From Eledone cirrhosa (lineage: Eukaryota), in NCBI GenBank assembly GCA_964016885.1, contig OZ024757.1, forward strand, positions 22,878,001-22,942,000: a stretch of DNA of 64,000 nucleotides, given 5' to 3'. The position numbers were made by a program, and so were the translations under genes. The notes under the pieces were generated by a model. That model did no database searches. It was not told the DNA's origin and was given only the letters and a program-made list of their open reading frames with translations. Shown here one piece after another: positions 53,293-64,000 of this stretch; within the stretch, counting starts at the first letter, position 1, and each line of letters starts with the position of its first letter.

Positions 53293-54385
53293 AAGTAGAA
53301 AAGAATGAAACGAAATTTTATTTCTCACTCTTAGTACGGCTGGTACTTAAATGTAAGTATGCATGTATACGCACATACATATATGTATGCAGACGTACAG
53401 TAGTATGTATATGGTGGCTGCCAGCATGTTTTCGAGTACGGCCACTACTTTATGTCCATGTAGGAGAACCCCTACCGATGCGCTGAACGAGTGTGACTTT
53501 TTAGTCCAGCCAGCGACTTGAAAACTCTGGTACAAACACTACACCTGTGACAATTATTGACACATAGTGCTGGGCCCATGGTACCATGTGACGACAAGTG
53601 CAGAGAGATCTCCAGATATAAAGCAATGCCTGTGCCGTGAAGCTTTTATAGTGGGCAAAGGCACTGCACAAAGCCAGTCCCACTCTCTTAACCAAGATGA
53701 TATTTACCAAATTTATTTATGTATATATGTATGTATATATATATTTACATATATACATACATACACACATGGTGGCTGCCAACTCGTTTTCGAGTACGGC
53801 CACTACCTTATATCCATGTAGGAGAACCCCTACCGATGCGCTGAACGAGTGTGACTTTTTAGTCCAGCCAGCGACTTGAAAACTCTGGTACAAACACTAC
53901 ACCTGTGACAATTATTGACACATAGTGCTGGGCCCATGGTACCATGTGACGACAAGTGCAGAGAGATCTCCAGATATAAAGCAATGCCTGTGCCGTGAAG
54001 CTTTTATAGTGGGCAAAGGCACTGCACAAAGCCAGTCCCACTCTCTTAACCAAGATGATATTTACCAAATTTATTTATGTATATATGTATGTATATATAT
54101 ATTTACATATATACATACATACACACATGGTGGCTGCCAACTCGTTTTCGAGTACGGCCACTACCTTATATCCATGTAGGAGAACCCCTACCGATGCGCT
54201 GAACGAGTGTGACTTTTTAGTCCAGCCAGCGACTTGAAAACTCTGGTACAAACACTACACTTGTGACAATTATTGACACATAGTGCTGGGCCCATGGTAC
54301 CATGTGACGACAAGTGCAGAGAGATCTCCAGATATAAAGCAATGCCTGTGCCGTGAAGCTTTTATAGTGAGCAAAGGCACTGCAT
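53293..54385 (+). mobile_element. Inverted Penelope-like 3' end + 358-bp tandem (~2.7 copies) of a decayed GIY-YIG-like fragment
   Basis: ORFs recur at +358 (53567 and 53925). Peptides IHVGE... and CLCREAFIVGKGTAQSQSHSLNQDD resemble the PLE endonuclease C-terminus. Confidence 0.6.
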
Positions 54386-54599
54386 CGACTTTCGTCAAAT
54401 GGGACTGAGGAAACAATGCTTCCATTGGTCTTTCCAATTGCTAATACTATCTATCGGTCGCAACTCCAGGTAGAAAGAGCAACGTGAAATAAAGTGTCTT
54501 GCCCAAAGACCTTATGTATCAACCTGTCCTGTTCGGGAGTCAAACTCACAACCTCACGACTGTGAATCCAATTCTCTAAGCACTCAGCCACGCACCTTC

Positions 54600-54601
<2 letters not shown>
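54386..54601 (-). mobile_element. tRNA-derived SINE family E
   Basis: Minus head gaaggtgcgtggctgagtg...gagtttgactccc, gggcaagacactttatttcac, tggaaagaccaatgga. Confidence 0.7.
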
Positions 54602-54646
<45 letters not shown>

Positions 54647-54648
<2 letters not shown>

Positions 54649-56155
54649 TCATCATCATCATCATCATCATTGTCATTTTACCTCCACTTTTCCCTGTTTG
54701 CTAGGGTGGGACGGGTCCTCTTCAGCGCAGCATCTCTCCACTAGTCACGGTCCCTTGTCATCCCCTCTGTGAGCTTTAGCGATCTAGGACAGCTCTCACC
54801 ACCTCTGCCCAAATTTTTCATGGTCTTCCTTCCACCGGGATTTCTTGGCACATCTTCACCCAGTGGTCATCTTCCATGCACATCACATGGCCATAACAAT
54901 GCAGTCTTCTCTCCCACACACTACAGTTTATGCCTCTTATACACAGTTTCACTCTCAACTCGTCCATGCTAGGTCGTTCACACACATTGACATTGCTCAT
55001 CCATCAGAGCATGCTTACTTCATTTCTCTCCAGCCATCACATATCCTCCACAGTTGCTGCCCATGTCTCACTACCATGCAGTATCGCACATCTCACACAG
55101 GCATCATACAACCGACCTATCATTCATAGGAGAAACCCTTCGTTGTCAACAGAGGAAGCAGCTCCCTAAACTTCTTCCATCCTGTCGTTCTAGATACTAT
55201 GGCCTCGGAGCATCCTCCTCCCTTGCTAATCCTATCACCTAGGTACAGGAAGCTATCAGCCACCTCTATAGATCCTACCTGCATTTGAAAAATGTGTCTA
55301 TCACTGACACTTCTACTATAAAATTTCCCTGAACATCTACTACATATGACGTTTTCCCTTCCTATTAGTTTGCCTGCTATCCTACTATACCTCTTGTGTA
55401 CCCAAGATCTGCATTGTGTGCATTTTATAGAATTTATGCCAACTCCTTTACATATAACCACATCTACAGTACATATATGCATAAATGAACACAACTTAAT
55501 AATTAAATTTATACTTGTTATCCAGATGGAATCAGAGTTTTGTCCTCTTTTCTACTTATCAACACGTTAGTCTTAGCTAGGTTCACTCTCAGTCCTCTTG
55601 ATTCCAACTGCTGTTTCCATAGCCAGAATTTATTCTCTAGCTCCTCTACTGATTCTGTTATAAGAACCAGATCGTCAGCATAGAGAAGTTCCCATGGGCA
55701 GCCAGTCTTAAACTCCTCAGTTATGGCTTGGAGGACTATAATGAACAAGAGCGGGCTGAGGACTGAACTCTGATGTACTCCTACTTGTATCTGGAATTCC
55801 TCACTAAACTCTATTCCTACTCTCACTTTACTGACAGCACCCCTGTACATAGTTTGCACTGTCCTCACAGGCCATTTCTCTTCACCTAGTTTCCTTAGGG
55901 ACCACCAGATGACAGATGGGGGTACCCTATCAAAGGCCTTCTCTAGGTCAACAAAAACTAAGTATAGTGGCGTATTCTTCTCTAAGAACCTCTCTTGTAA
56001 TTGTCTCACTAAGAAGAGGGCATCTGCTGTACTTTTCCCAGACACAAAACCAAACTGCATCTCATCTAATTTGACCCTTTCTCTAATTAGTTGTGCTAGC
56101 ACTCTTTCTGTCACTTTCATAACCTGATCCATCAGTTTTATGTCCCTATAATTGC
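54647..56155 (-). pseudogene. RTE LINE family B, 1.5 kb, frameshifted reverse transcriptase
   Basis: QFGF..GKSTADA, FVDLEKAFD, GVHQ..VLSPLLF and LLYADDL RT motifs; (CAT)n tail. Confidence 0.92.
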
Positions 56156-56164
56156 TTTGACGTA

Positions 56165-56305
56165 TGCAGTTATGGACCTTGCCATTCTGAGTTCAAATCC
56201 CGCCGAGGTTAACTTTGCCTTTCATCCTTACGGGGTCGATAAAATAAAGTACCAGTAATGCACTGGGTAATTTGCTGGCCTTGTGCCAAAAGTAGAAACA
56301 AATAT
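56165..56305 (+). mobile_element. SINE B, 5'-truncated
   Basis: gagttcaaatcccgccgagg...gtgccaaaagtagaaac. Confidence 0.85.
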
Positions 56306-56360
56306 TATATAAATATGTCAGTTGTCACAAACAGTCATGATTGGTTATTGATTAGGCGAT

Positions 56361-56472
56361 ACCCGCTGATGAAGCTGCATAAGCTGATTGTGCATTGTTG
56401 CATAATATATGCAGACAGATGGTGCAGTGCACCTTACTGCTGCATTAGTGCGGCAGAAACTCGAGTCCTGGA
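56361..56472 (+). ncRNA. Hammerhead motif with ~67-nt stem II insertion, in a Penelope-like element (~56310-56657)
   Basis: cccg-CTGATGA-a-gctgcat..gtgcggc-a-GAAA-c-TCGA-g-TC-ctgg. 3' end is homologous to 60285-60398. Confidence 0.7.
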
Positions 56473-56656
56473 ACCATTATAGGCACCCATGTTACATGTG
56501 TTGTGTTGAAGCAAATAACTGGACTGAAATAGCTGTCAAAATGGCTTGAGCTCTGCCGTCGGGGTTAAACTTTTTCCTATTACCCACTCTACTACCCTAA
56601 GTATTGAGTACTCTAGTGCGTTATGGTCCATCTGGTTCCTTACCACACCTCCTTCG

Positions 56657-56695
<39 letters not shown>

Positions 56696-57414
56696 TATGA
56701 ATATAGCTTTTTCTAGCTCAAGTTTTTCTTTTTTAATTTATACAAATTATTTCTATGAAAGTATCAACAAACATCTAATTGCTACAATAACTTCCCTGAA
56801 TTATTTTCTAATAAAGATTGCCCTCTTTCATGTAAACATTCATCAGTGGATCGGTTTAGACCTTTGGAATCAATACAACCATCATACTCAACATTTCATA
56901 TTCCACATTTGACATTTTACTGGTATTTCAGATACCATTGAAATATGAGCATAAATAAACACTTGTGTAGACAGACTCCAACCTTAACAACCACCAGAGA
57001 CATATTCATAGATATTCAGCCATTTTGTTTTTTGCAATGTTTTGTATTTTCTGTTTTGTTTTTTAAGCTTTTTTTATTTTAGAAATAATTTTCCGATGTT
57101 AACAGTGATAATATTTCTATTATGACTGAGATCAACTGATTATTTCTGCTGAATAAGAAGAAATGGGTGGAAAAAATAAACCCAAAATAGAAAAAAATAA
57201 ATTATTAAAAGAAATGAATAAAGTATATTAAATCGATTTTGTTTATGGTTAGAAATCAAAAGAATTATTGTGATATCTAGAAAGTTATTTTGAAAAAAAA
57301 AAAAATGTCAAACATAGTGACATGGAAAAATGTTAATACGAAAACCAGACAGATTATTAAAGTAATATGTATGGCCCACTTAAATATGTGGAGCTGAAAC
57401 ATTAACTAAAATAT

Positions 57415-57835
57415 TATCACACCGACTAAATTCCTTTACGACGTGTCGTCGGTGACTAAACCGGCAACCCCACCAAGTTGGTGAGATGGGAGATTTTGGA
57501 CACCCTACAGGACAAAAAACAAAACCTGACAAAGAGCGGAAGAACTCATAAGAGTCAACGGCCATCCAAAAGTGTGTAAATATGTATATACCGTGTGGTT
57601 AAACCACTGGGAGTGAAGACCCCTAGTCTTTGTCAGGGCATTCTTCTAGGAAAAGGCAACTCAAGAAACTGGGATAACTCTGATATAAAACCTGCGGCTC
57701 AGTAGTTACCGATGATGTTGATCTTTTCTTCTTTTCGGGTTATAGCTACTGGCGCTCAGAGAGTGGGATTGGCTCAGTGCACAGTCTTTCCTCACTTTAA
57801 AAAATATCTTCACACACAGGCATTGCTCAATAGAA
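57415..57835 (+). mobile_element. Probable RTE 5'UTR-like repeat
   Basis: ctaggaaaaggcaactc..aactctgatataaaacct resembles recalled RTE 5' regions. GC-richer than the flanks. Confidence 0.35.
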
Positions 57836-57887
57836 TTAATTAATAATTATTAATGCAATGGCCATACTCGATAATGAGGGCGCAGCC

Positions 57888-58156
57888 ATCATCATCATCA
57901 TCATCATCATCAACGTTTAACGTCCGTGTTCCACGCTTGCATGGGTTTGGACGGGGGTAGTCCCACTTGAGGCAAGAGTGATTGTCTTGCTCGCATAGGA
58001 CTGTCTGGCAGGTTTTCTACAGTTGGATGCCCTTCCTAACACCAACCACATTTACAGTGTGGGTCTGGGAGGTTTTTACCGTGTTGCCTACACGGCCCCA
58101 TTACAGCGTGGACTGTGTGTTTTTTTGTCGTGACACCTACACGATCTCATTTGTTT

Positions 58157-58157
<1 letters not shown>
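57888..58157 (-). mobile_element. RTE family C 3'UTR
   Basis: Matches 3424-3685. Confidence 0.85.
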
Positions 58158-58208
<51 letters not shown>

Positions 58209-58269
58209 CATTCAAACACACACACACACACATATACATATATATATATATTGCAAACTAATAGGTTAG

Positions 58270-58694
58270 GGAAAACTACATATGCAGTAGAAATCACAGT
58301 GATACATACATTTTTCAAATGCAGGTCAGTTCTATAGAAGTGGTTGATAGCTTCCAGTACCTAGGTGATCAGATTAGCAAGGGAGTGGGGTGCTCCGAGG
58401 CCATAGTATCCAGAATAAGGACGGTTTGGAAGAAGTTTAGGGAGCTGCTTCCTCTTGACAAAGAAGGGTTTCTCCCTGCATATGAAATGCCGGTTATATG
58501 ATGCCTGTGTGAGATGCGCGATGCTGCATGGTAGTGAGGCATGGGCAGCAACTGTGGAGGATATGCGACGGCTGGAGGGGAATGAAGCAAGCATGCTCCG
58601 TTGGATGTGCAATGTCAATGTGCATGAACGACCAAGCATAGATGAGTTGAAAGAGAAACTGTGTATAAGAGAGATAAGTTGTAGTGTGCGGGAG

Positions 58695-58695
<1 letters not shown>
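58270..58695 (+). mobile_element. RTE family B internal fragment
   Basis: VVDSFQYLGD..., LHGSEAW, MLRWMC. Confidence 0.85.
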
Positions 58696-58727
<32 letters not shown>

Positions 58728-58730
<3 letters not shown>

Positions 58731-59340
58731 TAAAATAACAGATTAAAGTTTAAGCAAAGAATCGCTGCTTTCACCATGGAGCTGCGGCATTGCAAATGGG
58801 TTACATATGAAAAAGTTTTTCCTTCATCAGTGGCCTTCCAACCGTCGTAGGCATTTCATCGCTTTAAAGGTCATATACCTCAGGTTGGTGCGAGCAACGG
58901 CTAAAAAAAGTCGTTGGGACACGTAAATAAAGGGGACGCTAGGGTAAACAAACAAAATGGTTTAAGCAACAGAAAGTGAAGAAGAAAGAAACAAGTCCCA
59001 GATTTCTATGAATATAAATTCGGTGAAATCGTGAACGAGAGAATAAAGACCATCAAACCTGGTTGAAATGTGAGCAAGGAAGGAATTTCGCACAGGTCTG
59101 ACGGGAGGAAGAAGGGGTCTGGGCTGCGAATTCGGTAAACATAAGTTATTTGAAGTCGCAGACGAGAGAGAGAGAGATGGCCAGCAATACCATGCATAGC
59201 AAAAAATGTCACATATCAAAAGAGATGCCTGTGCTTGAAGTGAGGAAAGACTTTGCACAAGGCCAATCCCACTCTCTGAACATTGAATGCATTTATCCAA
59301 AAAGACTTGGTCTACATCATTGAATGCAAATGAAGTAACG
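58728..59340 (-). mobile_element. Penelope-like element 3' part (decayed GIY-YIG-like C-terminus plus 3'UTR)
   Basis: SGIGLVQSLSSL.../..FAMHGIA peptides. Terminus homologous to 10780-10825 and 4720. Scrambled HHR-like motifs at 58815-58890. Confidence 0.45.
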
Positions 59341-59357
59341 TTTTATAGCAGAGTGAC

Positions 59358-59642
59358 CTTCTCATTTACAGTGAGTGCTGGGTGGTTTTTATGCCGTGGC
59401 ACCTCCACGACCATTTTACAGTGTGGGCTGGGTGCTTTTTTGCTGTGGCACCTCCACGACCACTTTGCAGTGAAATGATAGGGACCCCAGTCCTATCATC
59501 TCATTTCTACAGCTGAGTAAACTGGAGCAATGTGAAATAAAGTGTCTTGCTCAAGGAAACAACACATCACCCGGTCTGAGAATTGAACTCACAACCTTTC
59601 GATTGCAAGGCCAATGCTCTAACCACTAAGCATTGTGCCTCC
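59358..59642 (-). mobile_element. SINE family A, 3'-truncated variant with two copies of the RTE-A UTR repeat
   Basis: Head matches 4276. acagtg.g.gctgggtg.ttttt occurs twice, as in 40859-40950. Confidence 0.85.
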
Positions 59643-59659
59643 ATATAGATATATATACA

Positions 59660-59695
<36 letters not shown>

Positions 59696-60147
59696 CATAC
59701 ATATATACATGCATACATATACATACATACAGAATCAGTTCCCATATGAGCAAGGCATGGTCAGCCGACCGGCTACTGCCCACAACAGGACAACCCATCT
59801 AACCCATGCTAGCATAGAAGAATGGACGTAAAACGGTGATGATGATGATGGTATATAGTCTCCTTCTCAACAAGGAAGATGAAAAAACTTACCTCTTGAT
59901 TTTAAATCTTTAATTCTTAGTTTTTAATTCTTATAATTCTTTTTAATTGTAATAATCAGCATTTGATAAGATGAATTTTACCAATACATCGACACCAGTA
60001 ATACTTTATATAAATTATAAAACTCTTTTTTAAAAGAATTGACCCTCTCATTTTTTCAATAATGTCATTTTGATGAATCAAAGAAAGGAAAAAAAAGAAA
60101 AACAAACCCTAAAATATAGTTTCAATGCTATTTCCAACTTCACCTTT

Positions 60148-60249
<102 letters not shown>

Positions 60250-60421
60250 ATATATATTAGTCCAGAATTAGCCGTCGAATCAGCTTGAGCTCAGCCGTCG
60301 GGGTCCTACTCGTTCCTATCACCCACTCTACTATCCTAAGTATTGAGTACTTTGGTGCGTTATGGTCCATCTGGTTCCTTACCACATTTCCTTCATTATA
60401 TATATATATATATATATATAT

Positions 60422-60738
60422 GTAGGAGGTGAGTTTTATTGTAGTACAATAAAGCAATGCAGATATCGGATAAGAAGCACTCTACAGTTTGTAGGACTGG
60501 AGTATACATAATATACAAGATCAAAAGATGGTTAAAAGAGTTCCATGTATTTTATTATGCGCATTTCAAAAACAATATGTTGATTTAAAACTGCACTATT
60601 CACAAGTGTTTTTTAACCTTCATATCATGTCCTATTTTATGTGATGAAAACACAAATATTATTGCATGATGATATTTGTTTTTGAAATGCGCATAATAAA
60701 ATACATGGAACTCTTTTAACCATCTTTTGATCTTGTAT
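60422..60738. mobile_element. Penelope-like fold-back element
   Basis: Arms ~60513-60578 and ~60672-60738. GAGTGCT on minus at 60476-60482. Confidence 0.75.
60635..60701 (+). ncRNA. Minimal hammerhead motif with C3-to-G core change
   Basis: ttttat-GTGATGA-aaacacaaatatt..gatatttgttttt-GAAA-t-GCGC-a-TA-ataaaa. Confidence 0.7.
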
Positions 60739-61020
60739 CTTATATATATATATATATATATGCATATAACATGTTAATTTTGATTAATTGAGCTCCTATG
60801 CTTTACTATATCGAATGGTTCTGGACTGCTATTTTTTTAGTAGTTATATGTTCTGTTCAAGCCACCACCCGGCATGTGATATGTGTTTTATCTCTTTTAT
60901 CACGTGTGTATTTTAGTCTTTTTAGGAATTTAGTAGTGCGGAGTGTATTGGTTTGGACATCCATTGATAAGCAATAACAAATCAATATTTCTCTTCACTG
61001 AATTGTGAAACAGTTCTACC

Positions 61021-61245
61021 TTAACCCTTTAATGTTCAAACCCGCCAAAACTGGCCAGAATTCTCTATTTTTTCTGTTGAAACTGGCTGTAACTGGTCAC
61101 TCATACTGATGTTAAGGTATTGTTCTCAAAATAAATACTTTCAAAATCTCATAGATTCGATATTATGTGAGATATTATGCGAGGTAAAGCCTTTACCATG
61201 AAAATATAATCTATATATAGAATAGTGTGAATGCTAAAGGGTTAA
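61021..61245. mobile_element. piggyBac-type MITE
   Basis: ttaaccctttaa...gctaaagggttaa. Homologous to 18589-18977. Confidence 0.8.
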
Positions 61246-61344
61246 AACTGTCTGGATGTTGATAGTTATCATAGTTGGTTCATATACCTTAATTTATCCT
61301 TTTAATTTAGTTCTGTGAACCGTACTATCTTTAGTTAATATATT

Positions 61345-61768
61345 TGTAGCGGTTGTCTCCCTTGTTTGGATTAACATCTAGACGGGAACTAGAACCCTTT
61401 CTGTAACTTCCGGTCAGAACCCTATAAAACTAACAACTTTAAGTTCTCACTCTCTCATTTGGCTCTGCCTCTCATTGCCCTTTTCGGCACCAGGCCAAGA
61501 GCCTCTCATTTGCCTTCCGGCGCCTGGGCCTTAGCCAGGCGTCTTCTGCCAGCCGCGTTTGCCTGGCAATCAAAACGGTAACGACTAACTTTGTTTCATT
61601 CTATCATCTATTTCTTTGACATGTCAACTATACATGTCAACTATACCATTGTTAATTAAATATTATACACACAAACAATGTATTCCTTGTTACATTCATA
61701 CAACCCAGTACTCTCACTATATTTTCTTCCCCCTGGCGGATCTGTATCCCTTAGGATTTGAACACACA
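61345..61768 (+). mobile_element. Possible solo LTR
   Basis: TG...CA ends, cctataaaa TATA-like box (~61401), attaaa (~61655), GC-richer core. No clean TSD. Confidence 0.4.
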
Positions 61769-61999
61769 TATATATAAATATATATGTGTTTCTCTTTTTG
61801 CTGTTATAAAGAGCTTGGAATATTTTCCTTCAGCTTATTTGATTATAAGGGAATATTTTGAGTGTTTAACTTGACATGTTAATTTTGAAATATATACATA
61901 CATATATATATATGTATATATATATATATACATGTATGCATACATATATATATGTTTGCATACATATATATATGTTTGCATACATATATATATGTATGC

Positions 62000-62032
<33 letters not shown>

Positions 62033-62173
62033 CATATATATATGTATGCATATATATATATACGTATATACGTGTATATATATGTATGCATACATATATA
62101 TACATACATATATATATGTTTGCATACATATATATATATATGTATGCATACATATATATATATGTATGCATAC

Positions 62174-62208
<35 letters not shown>

Positions 62209-62502
62209 CGTATATATGTATGCATATATATATATATACGTATATATATGTATGCATACATACATATATATATATATATATACATATATATGTATGCATA
62301 TATACATATATATATATATATACATATATATGTATGCATATATATGTATATATACATATATATGTATGCATATATATATATATCTATATATATATATATA
62401 TATGTATGCATATATATATATACATATACATATATATGTATGCATATATATATACATATATGTATGCATACATGTATATATATATATATATATGCCTACA
62501 TG

Positions 62503-62534
<32 letters not shown>

Positions 62535-62611
62535 TATATATATATATACATAAATACATGTATGCATACATGTATATATATATATATACATATACACATA
62601 TGTATACATAA

Positions 62612-63104
62612 ATCATCATCATCATCATCATCGTTTAACGTCCATATTCCATGCTTGCATGGGTTTGGACGGAGGGTTTTCCCACTTGAGGCAAGAGTGG
62701 TTATCTTGCTCGCATAGGACTATCTGGCGGGTTTTCTACAGCTGGATGCCCTTCCTAACACCAACCACATTTACAGTGTGGGGCTGGGAGGTTTTTACCG
62801 TGTTGCCTACACGGCCACATTACAGCGTGAACTGTGTGTTTTTTGACGTGACACCTACACGATCTCATTTGTTTCGGCCTGGATGTTGTGGCACCAACAT
62901 AACTTTACATTGAAAGGGGTGGTGTGGATGAGGTGGGGGTAGTGAGACGGGGTTGTATTTTTGTTAGAGGTGCCTACTGACTGTAGTAGGTTTTACTTTG
63001 TACTTAGGTAAGGCGGGTCTTCTCTATTACTGAGTACCGCCAAAGGTCTCGGTCCAGTGACATTGTCTTGGTGAGGTGTAAGTGTGTGAGGTCGGAATTT
63101 ATCA
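62612..63104 (-). mobile_element. RTE family C 3' fragment
   Basis: Matches 3424-3892. Confidence 0.88.
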
Positions 63105-63121
63105 GATATACATATCTATAC

Positions 63122-63162
<41 letters not shown>

Positions 63163-63227
63163 CATGCTAGCATGGAAGATGGACGTTAAACGATGATGAT
63201 GATGATGATATATATATGTATACATAT

Positions 63228-63468
63228 ATGGATGTGTAATAGTAATATACGCGAATGGCAGAGCATAAATGAATTGAGAGAGAGACTGAGCATAAGAGGA
63301 ATCAAATGCTGTGTGCAGGAGAGGCGGTTGTGTTGGTATGGACGTGTGATGCGTATGAAGGATGACAGCTGCATAAAAAGGTGCAGAGCACTAGAAGTCA
63401 ATGGAAACCGCGGAGTGGGGAGACCAAAGAAAACCTGCAATGAGGTGATAAAAGCCGATCTAACCCAA
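63228..63468 (+). mobile_element. RTE family A internal fragment
   Basis: WMCNSNIRE...GRPKKT. Confidence 0.85.
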
Positions 63469-63741
63469 TAATAGACTAAGTAAACCACAGTAATAGACCA
63501 GGTAAACCACAATAATAGACCAAGTAAACCACAATAATAGTACAGGTAAACCACAATAATAGACCAGGTAAACCACAATAATAGTACAGGTAAACCACAG
63601 TAATAGACCAAGTAAACCACAGTAATAGACCAAGTAAACCACAGTAATAGACCAAGTAAACCACAATAATAGTACAGGTAAACCACAATAATAGTACAGG
63701 TAAACCACAATAATAGTACAGGTAAACCACAATAATAGTAC
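63469..63741. repeat. 22-bp minisatellite (~12 copies)
   Basis: ggtaaaccacaataatagtaca unit. Confidence 0.95.
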
Positions 63742-64000
63742 ATATATGCCAATCATTTCCAAAGCCTATTTCAAGTAGATCCCTAATTCTTCACCATTTA
63801 TGTCTGCTGCAGTAAAAGCAATTCTCCTTAAATTTTTAGCAGATAAAAAACTTACTTTTTCAAAATAATTAGCAATATTTCATTGTACTTATCAAGAAAT
63901 AATTTTTTTTCTCTCGTTTACTTTTCCACACCTCTTCATATTCCCCTACCTTACTCATTCTTTCTCTCTCTCTCTCTCTCTTTATCCATCTATCTATCTA

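Noticed and set aside
55518-56132. 204-aa RT ORF as an active gene
   Set aside because: It is part of a 5'-truncated, frameshifted and interrupted RTE copy.
57418-57500. Possible HDV-like ribozyme at an RTE 5' end (caccgac/gtcggtg helix)
   Set aside because: I could not identify P2, P3 or P1.1 of the double pseudoknot by eye.

Overview
This is a very AT-rich eukaryotic window, dominated by microsatellites and transposons. The SINE/RTE/(TA)n landscape resembles an octopod cephalopod, inferred from recalled repeat families and not verified. I found no intact host protein-coding gene, rRNA, tRNA gene or CRISPR array. All recognisable ORFs are decayed retroelement fragments: RTE and CR1 reverse transcriptases, a Tx1/L1-like C-terminus, R4/NeSL-type restriction-like endonuclease and Penelope-type GIY-YIG. 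The other listed ORFs are translations of microsatellites or minisatellites. The main structure the ORF track does not explain is a dense set of type I hammerhead ribozyme (HHR) motifs (CUGANGA...GAAA...UH), about 14 recognisable copies in roughly 9 sequence families plus degenerate relics. They lie in short non-coding Penelope-like or retrozyme-like elements that mostly sit in (TA)n tracts. These elements are often fold-back palindromes and share a GAGTRCY motif near the 3' end. Other notable items are a 3.8-kb 81-bp satellite with a 15-mer higher-order repeat apparently derived from a SINE-like repeat, a SINE whose tail is a chimera of two RTE LINEs, and several TE-seeded minisatellites. All structures were folded and aligned by eye. 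Family labels (SINE A/B/D/E/F, RTE A/B/C) are my own working names.
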